A DNA stretch of 64,000 bases from Catajapyx aquilonaris (lineage: Eukaryota): assembly GCA_000934665.2 (NCBI GenBank), contig KZ538597.1, forward strand, positions 1 to 64,000, given 5' to 3'. The position numbers and the translations under genes are program-made. The notes beneath the pieces were generated by a model that saw nothing but the letters and a program-made list of their open reading frames with translations, ran no database searches and was not told the origin of the DNA. Numbering within the stretch: the stretch's first letter is position 1; the number at the start of each line of letters is the position of its first letter. Positions 13,201 through 28,200 of the stretch are shown one piece after another.

Positions 13201-16200
13201 TTCAAACCCACACCCAAAAAAAAAGAGAGGCATAAATCACGTTATCTGCATGGGCAAACCTTTCCCAAATGGACGCCCGTTTTTTAAAAAAAAACAACAG
13301 CAGACTAATCCCGAGATAACGTCTCGCCATCATTCATTTGCGCTTAGGGCATCTATCGGAAAACTCGAAACAGCTATAAAACGGTATACAGGATAAGTTC
13401 AAAGTGCGCATATCCTAAATATCGCCAACCTGAGTAGTATTCCTATGCTTCACCTTTTGGTGTGGAATTAAGAAAGAAATGTAATGCATGGAAAGCAACT
13501 TTTTTGCCGAAAAAAAAGGTAGTCGAATTTAATAAAGTTGGCAACAAGCGGCGGCGCATTATTCATGCGAAACGAACTGGGTTTTGAATATAAAGCGACG
13601 TGCGTTAAGAATGTTTAAATTATTCATGCCTCGCCCCTGTAAGCACGCCAATTACACACTGCACCAATTTAAAGCCACAGCAGAAGAAGAAAAAAAGGAG
13701 AGGAAATGTCTGCAAAGGATAATTAGACCTGGTGCTATAAATTGCCCCGTAATTAATAATATACAATTTCATGAAAAGTTCAGCCAGGTTTGCGACCTTT
13801 TTACCTGCGTCTACAACCTTGAAAGGGAACATTCACTTATTCATTTGGTCTACTTAGGACTACAACAGTTACTCTAGTTACTATACTGTACACGAATTTT
13901 TACTAGCGCAACCGAACAGTTGGCGCAAATTGTTTCCAACACTACGTTTGAGAGGGTAACAATTTTTTTGCGACGTTGCCAAAGTTCTGGAACCGGTGTG
14001 AATTACGGCCCACCTGGGGATAGTAATTGTGGCAACATTGTTGTCGGAACAATGGACTTGCGCGAGTGTGGGTGCGCACTAGGTTGCACTCGTTTAAAAA
14101 TTCATCTATGAAGTCTGAATTTATAGGGGCAATTTTTTCCAGTGTCGGTTTTAAAATGGGGTCATATCTGCTGTGCACAAGTCACCCTTTTCAAAGGAGA
14201 AAATTTGGCCCAGCTTGCGACGCACTAACATCTTGCTCAGTATCCTACAAAAAAGAAGGTGTGGAAGTAAGGTGATCACGTCCATAGTGGTCCCCGTAAA
14301 TCCTCCTTCACGCCTCCAGACACAATTTCCACAGAGAACATTCCCCTGGCAAGACAACAACGACTGAAAGGCATCAAGATGTGCTGGGTGAGATGGAGGA
14401 AAATAAAGGAAAAAGCGTGGCAAGAAAATGGAGCCAGCACAGCAGCCCGTACTTCCTTAATTGCTTAGGAAAACCCGAGCCTTCGGAGGACGACACACTA
14501 CTGTCACAACCATCCCAGATGCAACCGGTTAAATATCACTTACATTCAAGTAGATTACAAGCCAAGGCTAATCCGAGACAACTCATTCCGGATCCTTAAG
14601 TCGAGCCAAGCCCCGGAATTAAACTCGCATTACGAGTCAACTACTCTGCTTACCTAGGTTAAAGATCTCTGATAATGTAGGTGGCCTGCTCTGAGATGAA
14701 TATTCTTTTTACGAATGCAACAGAGTGCGCACCCCAGTGAGCGCAGCGTGCACGGTTGGCATTATCAATGATAGCTATTATAAGTGCTGTACTTATTTCC
14801 AACGCTACGCTTGTAGGAAAACAAAATGGCCGACGTTTGCAACGTCGTGTCGCCAAGACTCTGGAACTTACCTCAGGGCAGGGAGCATAATATACTACAT
14901 AAGAGGCGCAAACTTCTGTCGGCCACTTTGATGTTCGCGTCTCTCTGTTTGGTGCCGTTGCCAAGGCTGGCGGCCATTTTGAAGTGTGGGAAACGCCAAC
15001 GAGGTATAAATAGGGTACAGGCAAAAATATGGTCCGCCATCTTTGATGGTTTTGGCGGCAAAACCATCAAAGATGGCGAACCATATTTTTGCCTGTACCC
15101 TATTTATACCTCGTTGGCGTTTCCCACACTTCAAAATGGCCACCAGCCTTGGCAACTCCCCAAACAGAGAGAATGTTTGCGCCTCTTATGTAGTATATGC
15201 TCCCTGCTCAGGGGCTATAGATGATTTTTTTTCATGAGCGCAACCGAGTGCGCACCCACACTCGCGCAAGTCCATTGTTTCTACAACAACGTTGCCACAG
15301 TGACTATACTCAGGTAGCCTCTAAGAGAGCCTTGGCAACATAGAAAAAGTCGGCCATCAAACGTAGTGTTGCGAGAACTGTGTTGCGCACTCGACTGTGT
15401 TCATTTAAAAAATCATCTATACCAGTGTGAATTATGGCCCCCTTGGGAGTAAATCTGGCAACGTTGTTGTCATTACAGTAAAGCTGCGCGACAGTGGGTG
15501 CTCGTTAAAAAAATCATCTACAATCTAGAAGACACAAATAGGAGTGCAGCCAACCCTAATTGGATGGTGTTATGCAATAATGAGTCAACACACAGTGGGT
15601 TGACTCATTATTGCATAACACCGTCCAATTGTTCGCATAATTAGTAAATTTGCGGCACATCCGCCGACAGACTGAACTCTTGTGTCATCAGCAGACCATT
15701 TTATAAAATAATGTAGACAGGTGCACTTAAACCGTCAATTAAACAACCTGTCACAAAACATTGCACTCTTTTTGCGTTTAATTGCGTCTCGTTTGGTCTA
15801 ATGCTATTATTGCGGGCGTGCAGAACCGGAAGTGGCTTTTGGCGGCAGCCCTTTCTCACTCAGGTGCATCCATGGGACCCCATTGTTGAACAGGTTAAAA
15901 ACCACTCCCAGGGTTTTCATTATTTACTCCTAAATCGGGTTCCAAGGTTGCGCAAATTCATCCCGTGAGCCGCACTAAGGGTCTGTAATCCGCTTTGAAG
16001 CCCATTCTTTTGTACTTCCCACTCGAAAGAGGAGGGGGGGGGGGGAATAAAACAGGACAAATTCTCAAAAAACGCAACAAACACTACCACAAGGAAGAAA
16101 ACACCATGTTCTTTTTAAGGGTCTGGAGAAGCTTTCGTTTAATCCACTTACAGGCCATCTTTTTCTTTTCTTTTCATTTGACGGGAGGAATTCAGACGTC

Positions 16201-19200
16201 ATATCAAAGTTACATGTAACTTTTCGCAGACTTTTCGCAGCGAAGTGCTCAGTCGGTCAGAAAGTGACATGCACTGTACCGACGTGAACAAATAATAAAG
16301 TCAGCTCAGTGCAACGTAGCTGGTGGGAAAGGCTAGTTTTCTTACTTAGATACGATTTTTTTAAAAAAACTAACGCAACCGAGCGCGCACCATAGTTCGC
16401 GCAGCGTACACGGTTGGCAGGGGAAGCACAAGACAGTGTCGCCTCCTGGCATGAAGCAGCTTCATGTAAATAGTAAAGGAAAATCTCCGGCCAGGAGGCG
16501 ATACATATGTTTCTCCAAAGGCTTCTCCATTAATTTCCACCACTATACTTGCCAAGTCCCTCAACCACTATACTGCGCTGCACTTATTTCCAACGCTACG
16601 CTCGAGGGAAGGGGGGGGGGGNGGGGGGGGGGGGGGGGGGTCAAAGTGGCCGGCGTTTGCGACGTTGCCAAAGCTCTGGAACTAACCTCAGAAGCTACGG
16701 GTGTGAATTATTTTTTGACTCCTGGTCAACAACTCTGGCAACGTGGTTGAGATGCGCGAGTGTGGATGCGCACTCGGTTGCGCTCGCAACAAAATCATCT
16801 ACAGTTGCGACAATAATGGCATGGAAATTTTGCAAATTTCATTTCTTAATGTGCACATTTTCCTGTCTATTTCCAAAACATTGAATTTTCTTTCAGACCC
16901 CCCTTTTTTATGGGGGGCATTGAAAGGAATTTGGACAGGATATTGTCTTAGGAAAGGGGATTGAAATGCAGGGAATTCAAGTTGCGGAATCCAACAAATC
17001 GGTTCGCAATCACGTAGGCACATTTGGGCACAAAAGGACCCCAGAGGGGGGTAGGTTGGATGGGAGAGTTGCTTTTGACGGAGCGGAAACTGCTGCTCAA
17101 ACAATGCGGCCCTTTGATGTTCACCGCAAAAAAAACGCGAAAAAATTGGGGCCATGTCTTTTACCCGCTGGAAACCCTTTTGGCGGGGTGTTGGCCCGGA
17201 AGTCTGACAACAATGTGACCCAATCGCATTGCTTCCCACTCTCGCTTACGAATAAATGAGTAAGGTAGCAGACCTGAAGATCAAATAATTAGCCTCCCAG
17301 AGAGCGCCTAGAATTTAATTCCGCGACTAGTGTAAAGTCCTTTAAATGTTTCACACTATACATCACATATTATACACGTTTAATCAGCACATTAATTATT
17401 ATTAACAAGGGGTGGAAAATGCAATTGATTAGTGACATTCAGGGCTGTCATTGGTATACCCTCCCCCATTTTAGATTGGATTTTTGGGAAGCAAATATTG
17501 CCCGATAATTTTATCAATTATGGACCAGGCTTCGTGCATTAATTTGGTAGTACATGACAAACGGGGACCTGTTGCACGTACCTTTTCGACATGTTTACAG
17601 GACATCCCGCTGATTTTGGTGCACAGCTAATTACAGCCATTGAACAATTGGTCATACATCTTTCCCCAATCGAATCCATTGAAACATGGCAAATCAGGCT
17701 CTTATTGTTCCCTAATTTGTGGAAAGGCGTAAAGCACTTTCCATTGCTGCTAATTAAAGCTATTTTGGGCCATAACGTCGCCAAATTCCGACTGAACTGT
17801 ATGTTGAACACTATGGCCTGACTGTAACCTGCAAGACATACCCACTTTATCAGTACCTCTAAAATCCGGCTTTACTGTAAAGCGAGGTAAAATTGATACA
17901 TTTAGCAGTGTCTATTAATTGTAAATATTATTTGCGTCAAATCCTGCCTTCAGAAGCCATGCACCGATAAAATCTCTGCAGTTGTTATCCTGACACTCGG
18001 GCTTCCAAGCGAGCAGGAGAGGTTCAAGTGTTGCTCTGAATAGCCAGGATAATTTGTGCGCAAAATTATCTTCAAAACCATTTTTCTGCTCGATCATTAG
18101 TTTCCTTTGTCTGGCAGTTAATTCCGTGCAACTACTACCTACGCATAAAAACCAAAAGGTCTATCGGGGCGTCAATGGCGTCTAACAGCTGATCAATGGC
18201 CCCATTTGGCTGACGTCAGCTGGCACTCTCCTACGTCACTCTGGTCCAAACAGCAGCGTCTCCGGGATCTAGTTCATCTCAAGCCCTCTCCGGAAATACC
18301 CGCATGAAAGATCCCGGATAAAAAAGGGGGGGGTGGGGGAAATTCCTTTCCACCCCCTCCCCCGGTAACCGTTTAACCCGAAAAGGGCCGGGCGGTCAAA
18401 GGCAACATAAAAGCCCAGGGATTTCCATCAGCAGCAGACCCTTTTCCCTCACTCTTTTTTTTCCCCCTTCTCTGTGAAAAGGTGGTAACGGAAGAGTTGC
18501 CAAGTCTATTGATCCCTTGGACTTGTCTACCAGAAAATCCGGGGACCGAACGATAATCCGGAAAACCCAGAACCTGAAAAAAAAGATCCAATCTAGTAGT
18601 GCACTTCCGGCTCAGTAGTTGGCATTTTTTTTTTCTTCTCCTAGGATCAAAGTCATATCCGATCATTTGCTGGAAGACCTGAAAGGCTAACCTCTTCAGC
18701 CAGAAGGGGGCAAGGAGGATTACAGGTTTCCGGACCCTCCAAAAAAAAAGTGAGAGGATTTCCACCCGGAAAGAATATCCGGCTCCAGCTTACGTCAGCT
18801 ACTTTTGTGACATGCTGTGAGTTCATTTTTCTCCAACTAAGTTAGCTGGAAAAGGTCGGTTGTGCAACAAAAATTAAAAGAAAATTAATAATAAGATTAT
18901 GAAACACATCCACAGGACAGGGACGGATGTAACACCTGTACAAATGTTACAATTTGTAGTTAGTAGGCTACCTTTCTTAATTTGTTCGAGAAAAATATTT
19001 TCAAAAAATTAAACGAAACTTGTAACTACAAAGCACTTGTACAAAACGTACTACAAAACACGTGTAGAAATGTCCCATTTTTAGTTTACTATTGTTCATT
19101 TGTGCGAAAAAAATATTTAACAAATTAAACATAAAATAATTCGGGTATGAATGGTTAAGAAAAATCATATAATGTAATACAAGCCGATTCAACTTTTTGA

Positions 19201-22200
19201 CAAAAAGAAACAGTGTGACTCGAAAGTCAGGATACATAGATAATTGGATTGTATTGTTGATTTCCAGTTGTGCCAACTAGCAGATTGTTGACAGGTTGAG
19301 TTGGCACGGTTGGCACTAGGAGTTGGCACAACTGGCAACCAACAATACAAAAAAAATTAGGGGAGACTGGGGCACAGTGGACCACGGGGCACAGTGGACC
19401 TTTCCATTTTAAAAATCGAAAAAGCCGCCAAATTTTTTTCATCTGGTACCTCGTGAAACAAGTCACTGCCATGCTCCTGCCAACATGGCTGGCAACGGCT
19501 AGCGATCGATCGATCGATAGATATCCAGCGAAATCGATTTGAAGATAAGTGAAGTAAATTACTAACCCACAGTTTAAATGCCACTTCAGGCGTAGATGTT
19601 GGGCATGAGCCTGATATAAAAATCTTGTGGAATAGTGCCGCCCTTTGTCCATGAATTACCGCAAGTTTGGTAAGCCTAACTTGCAATCGAAGTTACAATC
19701 ATAGCATTATGTCAGTTGCTGCTGTCCGGGGCACAGTGGTCCAGTCGTTTGCGGGGCACAGTGGTCCATGTACCACTGTGCCCCGAAATGCACACTGTGT
19801 CCCGAAATGAACAGATGTAAAAAAAATGTCAGACAATCATTTAAAAAATGTGAATTAGGTAGAAAAAGGGCAAAACTGTGATTTTGACAAACCACCCTCC
19901 AAATGAACAACTGTAAAAAAAAAGTTAGACAATGATTTTTAAAATGTGAATTAGGTAGAAAAAAGGGGCAAAACTGTGATGTTGACACATCCTCAAATTG
20001 AACAGCTGTAAAAAAATGTTAGGCAATGATAATAAACTTCTTGTGTGAATTAGGGGTCCCAAATCTCCCAATCACTTCCGGACCACTGTGCCCCACCTAT
20101 CGGGGTACAGTGGACCATTTGCAGGGGGTCGCTTCTAAAATTTTTTAAAGCCAAAAGGATGGCACTGCGTCTGAATATAGTAGTGACTTATATTACCAAG
20201 GAGTATCTCCACCATGCCTGAAAATATGGGGTGTGTAGGTATAACAGGTAGGTATATAAAAATTCAAATGTGCAAAAGTGGTCCACTGTGCCCCGGTCTC
20301 CCCTACATGTGTTTCTTGACTTTAGAGTCACCCTGTAGTATATCAAACGACGAATAGCAAAATGTAGGACAGAGTACTGAGGTTACACGTCAATGCACAT
20401 TGCCGTACTCGTAAGCCTCTCATGCATTGTATTACTCCAGGTTTTCCACATTCTATTCTCTCGGGTGGTTTTCAAACACAAAAATATGGGAACGGGAAAA
20501 AAATCGTGGGGGGGGGGGAGGGGGAGTGAAGGTTATGAAAGTGAGATAGGTGTCCTGGGAGTGTTTGATATTTCCATTTGAAGGCTCCCTGGGTCGATGT
20601 GAACCATGCCCAAAAAATCCTGCGGGAGATGTGATGCTGCTGGGCATGGGGATTCCGACGCATTCATTCCCACACGCTAGAAGCCCAAAGGCAGCAGAGG
20701 GGGGGAAAAAACCGGTCTATATATAATATTGGGCACTATGACACATCGCTTTCCAATAAAAATTGTCGCTTATATTCATCGCCTTTCAACGTGACATCAA
20801 TTCAGGAATCGTCCTTCCTTATAGTGTTCACTCAACCCATTATTCTTTTCTAACAATGCTATTTCTCTCCGTCGGATGTGTGCCCGACCTGATAGTAACC
20901 ACTATCTCCCGCACGACTTGAGAGTGGCAGGAGTGTGCAGAGGACTGGTGCGCTATCTACATGTGAAGAATAGTACCACGTGGTAAATCCGCCTATCAGG
21001 CAGGACAAATATCCGACGGAGAGAAATAGCGAATTAGAAGGTTCACTAGTGCATTACTAAACTAGTGCGCATACGGATCCTATGATTGCGATGCAGCTCG
21101 GATTTTATAACAAATGGGACGTCATCGGGAACAATGCGGGTTGGGGGGGAAATAATCGAAAAATGAACGATACAGAGCTCCACTTTTTTGTCATTTTGGA
21201 AGGACAGTACTGCAGATCGCAATTAATTATCCGGGTTGGGGTCTCTTGTCATCATCTGCGGTGTGGAGGGGAAAAATACAAGGCCCCTGTCACTGGGATA
21301 CTATTGCTATGATTTCCGGACCTCATTTCCGCCCCAACCAGCATATGGGCAACGTGCCAATCCCCATTGTTTTTAGGGACTATCCAGTGTGTGCTGGGGC
21401 AAATAGTCCTATCTGCATTGGATGCAGCAGCTAGGCTAACTCGTGCGGAAAAAAGGCAGGTAACGGGTCGTTTCATACACTCGACCGCCTGTCAGCTTAC
21501 GTAACCCAGGGTTTCCAATTCTATCCGGTGTCAAAGGTCCTTAAAGCCTGCACTGCATTATGACACGGCTTCGAGCCAGCTAAGCGTTCAATGCACTTTG
21601 TATCAGCCCGCAGCGGTAGAGGTCACGACCTGTGAACTCAGCTCGACCTCTCAAGGCCAGGCGCTGTTTAAAGGTCGTCAGCTTTTATGGCTCGTGTCAA
21701 CAGTCACCTGCACACTGAGGCATAAAATTGCAATTATAATACCCCCCCCCCCCCCCTCGTAATATTTCTTAAAATATGTCAACTCACGAACCCAAACGTG
21801 TGCAGGCATTGGATATGTTCACCTTTAGAGGCTTGTAAAACTCCAGAAAGGAACAGCATCTGTTGCCAAATACAGAAGGAGAAAAATCAACGCCGCAATA
21901 AATCCCAGCAAAATTCCAGTTCAGAAACCCGGCAGTAATCCAGGAATTTGATGCCCGGAGTTTATCCCTCGGCAGCGTAAAACGCGTCGTGAATCTGGTT
22001 CACACTCTGATTTTTTTTCCACACTTGGCCATGGAATAAATCGTTTCAAGAGCAGAACTAGAGGGTCATATATTTTTCGCGTGCTCTCGCCAAAAAAAAA
22101 CAATTGAGAAGATAACTCGGTTCCAGGCTATTTTTTTTCTCTAGCTAGGAAGGGGGATCAATTGATCCGCACAAGTGATCCTCCACACATTTCCTTATTT

Positions 22201-25200
22201 TTTTGTGTGTGTCCTCCTCGTTCTGAGCGGAAAATTTATGTTCCTCGCCCACCTCGACAAAGGGCTCCATTATTCACAAGGGACTCAACATTCAATCCTT
22301 ACTTTTTTGTGCAAAAAAATTTATAACTCGCATATATGCCGCGTCGCTTCCAAAGTATCTCCATGGAGATGGCAAAGTCCAGCTGTTGCTCTTCAGATCT
22401 TTTGCTCTCCAACTTTAGTTATCGATTCCATGGCCCACCCACCCACAAAGAAACTACTTAAAAAAGATCATGCTCCGGACGTCCGATCTTCCGGTACTGA
22501 AGTTGTTTCGGACAGTTAGTTAGAAGAGATTGCTATTAATTCAAGAAGTACGCTGCCAACATGTTTTGCCGAAGGAAATATCGTGATCATATAACGAAAT
22601 GTCGCGGCTTAATAAAAATCACAAACTTGCAGCCAATCACTGTAGGTGTAGGGCTGGGAACGAAATCCACTCTAAAAAGTCTCGAGGCCCAGTGGGGAAA
22701 AAAAGCCATTTTTAGCGCGAATCTCTTGGCATATTCATGACGGGGGGCTTCTTCTCATGCAAAAGAAAAATTGGCAGCTGCTTTCTTTTGCAAAAAGCAC
22801 AATGCGCCTGTCCCTTCAGTTGAAAAAAGAAGAGAGAAACTGGGAGTGTTTATTGCCAAGTGGAAGGAGAAGAGAAACTTTCTGACAAGCGATGGTAAAT
22901 GACAGAAGGCTTCGTGCTTCGACTGACTGACAATCTCCAGCAGCAAACCCAAAGTCTGCCTTGCTTGCTCTACAGAGTGTGCTTTCCGAATGGCTGGAAT
23001 TCCAAACTGTGCCTGCATACTTTGTATACGGATGCTGTGCTGAAGGTATAGTTCCGGGGCTTCAAACCCTAGGAGTGATGCGAGCCTTTGAGAAACGTTG
23101 CATTGTTTGCGCCCGAGGAGCCGGAAAGCTAATAATAATAATCGAGCTGGAAAAGGTGCATCGGTGATGACGCAAACGGGGTTAAAACGCGTCCGAAAGT
23201 TGCTACAAAGTTGGTGCCAAGAACAACAATGCGACCTCTGGAAAATTTCTGGGTTGAACGCATTTAGTCCCCCTTTGTTGTCGAGTCAAAGTTCAGGCTC
23301 TGCTTTTGGTTGGAGTTGCAAACTTCTGTGACGAGCATACTCAAAGGCAGCCGTTGACAACAACCATTAGAGGTACCAAATTGCGACGAAAGCGATACCG
23401 GCCATTGCCTTTCAAGGTGTGTCATCTACCTCGGTATAATTTTGACCGTTCACATTTCATTCGGAATTTGTTTGCTGCGACACCCTGTAGAGTGAACATG
23501 GCTTTATTCCAAGAAGATAACTGCCATTCCTGAAATATATCAGTGCTAACAGCACTCGGTAAATGGCCCGCCATTATTTTAGCCAGAGATCAGCCTGGAG
23601 CAGCACTTGTGTAGGCCCAAAGTAGGCAATATTCTCTCTCTAGTCCGCTGGCCCAGAGAAGATAAGTAGTGCAACAGCCATTAATCGCGGGTTAGGTCGC
23701 CACCGGAATCGCAACGGCCTACTGCATAAACTTATGATAAATCTGCCGCTTATCCCCCCTATTATACTCTTCCTCCATCTTCAGGATCAGAACAACTTTA
23801 TCATCGAGCCAACAGGGTGCTTCATCTGCCAAAGAAATGGTCGTGTTGTGGAGGACTGCAAGATGTGATCGAAATGGATGGAAGTGTGGCGTGTGCGTGT
23901 GGTTTGGGCACGCCTCCGCCAGGTGGCTCCCACCACAGTTGGGGAAACAAATGAATGCGGCACTTTCGGGGAGGGATTTATGCCCTCAGTTTTCTGGAGC
24001 AAAGGAGCCAGTAGAGGGCTGAGAATGGACTGGACCAAAGCACCCTACTATTGTTTCCCTGGCAACGGGCCCTATCAGAACAAAAGACCGCCATTTGGAT
24101 TAACATTGAGAGAGCTGCCCCCCCTCCCTTCAAGCCTCCCAAACAACATAACTCTCAGGACTAGGCTAGGGTTACACTGGCTTGAAAAAGGCAGCGAAAG
24201 GTTTTTAACACGGTTGAATTTTTTAAAAGGCTGCAAAGTTGTTCAAATTGTGGGGGGTTTAATGAGGCGGGTAATACTCCAGCTGTGTTGCCAACTCAAC
24301 CCTCGGAGGCAACACTCGCTCATTTAGGGCAGGTGGGGATCCCACCCCTCCAGGCCGCTGATTGCCATTTTCCTCCTCTGCTCAATTAAACAGTGGCCAG
24401 TCCTACTCTGTGGGTTAGCCAGCAAAGTTTAGCGAGCGGAAATTGCTCAACGCCACTAACTCCACCCAAATTGGACGGTTTCATAACCGGATCCATTTTT
24501 AAAGACAATTACTGCCACCTCTCGCCCGCCGAGAGGAGAGATCCAAGCCTTCAACAATCGCCTGGAAACGCTTCGTATAAATTATGAACAGCAATAAATG
24601 GCCCGCTGCGTCGCAGTACATCAATAAAAATAATGGCATAAGTAATACGTATAATATATAATAATTAGTTAAAATTTCAGTGCCACGTTCTAACGGCGAT
24701 TTTTTTGGTTTTTGACTTTTTCTCATCGAAAAAAGTCGTATAGAACCGCTGCACAATGAGAAAAATGTCTACTCGAATCACGCCATTTGCCAATCTCGTT
24801 TGATGTATCGATGATATTGGCGATCGATCAGACTTATATAGAGATTCAGCAAAAGTTGTTAAGTTCTAAAATGCGGTTCTCCGGTTGAAGGCGCGGTACA
24901 AAATTACCAGGCATTTGACGCCTTTTTTTGGGGGGTCATAAACTGCGGGAAAATCCATCTGGACGCCTCGTTTCTCCCCAGCACTTTAACTGCTTTTGAA
25001 ATTAAAACGGTTTCCAGGATTGTTGACTGGCATTGTTGCGGCTGGAAGCACTTACAGATGCCGAGTAAAAAAAAATCGGTTTCCAATGTCACGGAGAGGT
25101 AAACAGCACAGCAGGCTGGAGAGAAGAGCAGACTGGCTTTTAGGAAATGGAAGGATCTTAAACCCCGTTCTGCCGGATCAGATTGACATTTGCGCCTTTT

Positions 25201-28200
25201 TTTTACTCCGGATGATGATCGATGAGCCAGTGGGATTAAATCCGGGGCCCAAATTTCGGAGTTCAATTGGGGCCAATCGATTGTCCGTGGGAGGTGTCAC
25301 TTTCCAGGGCCTTAATTTTCAAACCGTGAACACGATGCCCTTTTTTTATTTAATGAACTAGGAGTGAAAAGTTTGTCTTATCGCTCGGCTCCAGCTCCAG
25401 ACTTAAATTTTTTTTTTGTTCAACTCTTGGTTTAATCATGTGACACGCTTAACACTCAACATTGACACCATTTTCTATTAGAATTATGAAGAAAAATCGA
25501 TTATTATTATTATTAAGCAGGGAACATCTGCTTATTGGCATATTTCCAATTTCATAACCCGGTTAATTTGTGGTACAACACTTTATACGCCCCACAATAT
25601 AATATCCGAGCTACATTTTTTTAAAGTGAAAAATATGTGCACCAAATTTTTAATAAATTATCATTATTCTCATTTACAGTAGGCCTAGACCGTAACGTTA
25701 AACACAAGGTAGTAGATCCGAAAATTGTCTTAGATAAATGTACGAATTGCTTACTTTTATGCAAACAATGTATTGGCCAAAAATTATCTAATTGCTAATC
25801 AGCTCCTACAAATTTTGGGATCATTTCCTTAAAAAAACAACTGCTTAATTGATGATGTAAGGCGCTCTAATGTTATTTACTCATCACATAGTCCGGCTAA
25901 TTAGGGGCGTCGCGAATTAAGTTTGAATGCGGGAAGTTTAGCGCCTTTTTTCTGGGCTAACAAAAACCGGTTTCTAGGCCTGGGAGGCGTTTGTTAGCAT
26001 GGAAAGAGAAAAAGAGGGCCGCTGATTTAATTAAACGCGGGAGAGGAGGCTTGGAAAAGCGTGAATGCATCCTCTCTTGGATGCTGCCGCCTAATGACAA
26101 GTGCGGTTTTATCTCTCTATAGTCTTATAGCATAGAACCCTTCCAACTTTACAGGATCGATGCCGCCCGATAAATGGCTCACAGGGCTTGGAGGACACTT
26201 CTGGATAATTAAGACGCTTCCTTGCCTCAGACTCTTCTCCTACTTGTGTATAGTTAGAAGATCGCCAAAATGTCAGATGCACGTATCAGCTATATACTAT
26301 GCCGGCCCACATCTTCAACACGGCAAAGGATAAGACCACATTTACATTTTAATTGCTAATTATTACTGCGGCGAGAGACCTCGCTAATTGGGAGAAACAG
26401 AGGATGGAGATTTTTATATGTGCAAATGTGAATCGCACTTGCGGAAACACGGATTCATTAGCCGCCTTGTGAGGTAGGGGAGTTGCAACATTCAAGCCCA
26501 AAAACCGGCAAAAACATAGAAATTGATCGTGTAGGACTATAACACAATTAATCAAGTCGGATGGTTGCAAATTGCAAGGAAAATGGTCAACAGTTGACAT
26601 AATTGGCGACCATGGAATATTATCAAAAAATTCTTTTTATCACATTAAGTTATGCGGAAAGTAAATTAATTATAGACAAAAGTTTGTAGTTAATTTGCTT
26701 CGCGTAATAATATTATTCTTATATTATATAACATAATTTTTCCCCATTTTACGTTACAGCCTGTCAGATTAAGTTAAAACGACTTCACAATTTACAAAGA
26801 AATCATTAAAATAAATTACGCTTCTGTTAAATGGTAAAAATTAAAACTAGTACGTTAAAATGTTTTAATCTAAAAATTCCAACTGCAAAAAGTAAACACC
26901 ATACGAATTTTCGCATGTTCATTTTTGAAAATCAAATAGATATTAAAACATAATTTTCAATAATTTTGAAACCCCAAATGAAATTCAAAATTGCAATAAC
27001 CGTACTTTTTTTCTCAGTCGGAAGCCATTATTTAATAACTGGTGTGGAACACGACGATGTAATTATAATGAGTCCCACGCAAAGTGCATAATTATGACAT
27101 ATGAATTCATTGGTGGGATTATACTGGCTTCATTTAAAGCTTATCCTCCCCTGCTCTCAATTATGTGTGTCAAATATGTTGCCAAAATGCGCAACAAAGC
27201 ATTATAATTAACACGTTGCTTTTAATCCTCAATCAGCGGGCGCAAGTTATTAACTATTCACGGCTGATCATCACGAGGGCCTAATAATTTTTCAGATTTT
27301 ACAAAATTCCACAAAATATTATATGATAACGTGCCAGATAGAGTGATAACGCTGGTGTGTAACCTCAGTCAGCAATACACTGCTTTGTCCCCAGTAAGTA
27401 TGGAATATCATTTACTGAACACTGTACTTGACTATGTGTACGGTACCGCAGTTACGGGATCTGACAATGTCAATCAGGAATCGTCATTAATTACTTAGAA
27501 ATTATTTCGCCACAAGTGATTAATATGTGTTTCTTCAAGTCCGTCTGGATAAAGACTACCATCAGCTAATACTCGTATATGAAAACATTTACTGTCCTAT
27601 ATATCTCATAAAACCGCGATTGAAATAATCGGGTGGCTATTAACACCCAGAGCAAATAGAGGCCCATTAATGGCGCATCACAGGGGTATATAAATAGCCC
27701 CACTAAATTGTGCAAAAACATAAAATACCCGCATAAAACTGCATGCTAAGCAGATAATTATATTCACACCACGCTTCACGTCCAGTGAAATAAACTGCCA
27801 TCAAATTTTTTTCCTGATGAACATTATCAATTAGTAACAAACATATTACATACTGAAAGAGTGTATTGCAACTGGTCATATTTTAATAAATTAATGCCAT
27901 TTTTTTTTGCTGTTGCTCTTTTCTTTTATGCATAAGTTGGCAGCGACCGAGCAGATGATTGGTTCAAACCACAATTCTGCAAAATGGCCTCATTAAAAAA
28001 TGAAAACTAGGTCACCCTCGTCGCTTTGCCAGTGAAGATAAGGCACCGAGTCATACCCAAGGGAAAATGACATTTTCATATATAATCATGTTTACGATCA
28101 CTGTTATTTCCCTTGTAACGAACCAGCTCGGACATATTTTTTTTGTGTGTGTGTTTTAAATCTCCCTTACTACTCGTTTGCATTCATCGCTTGCAAACCA

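Noticed and set aside
14826..15237. Overlapping similar ORFs on both strands
   Set aside because: Artefact of the fold-back element.
16609..16640. Long G tracts as G-quadruplex elements
   Set aside because: G/C homopolymers are common across the window and often contain Ns, so their lengths are unreliable.
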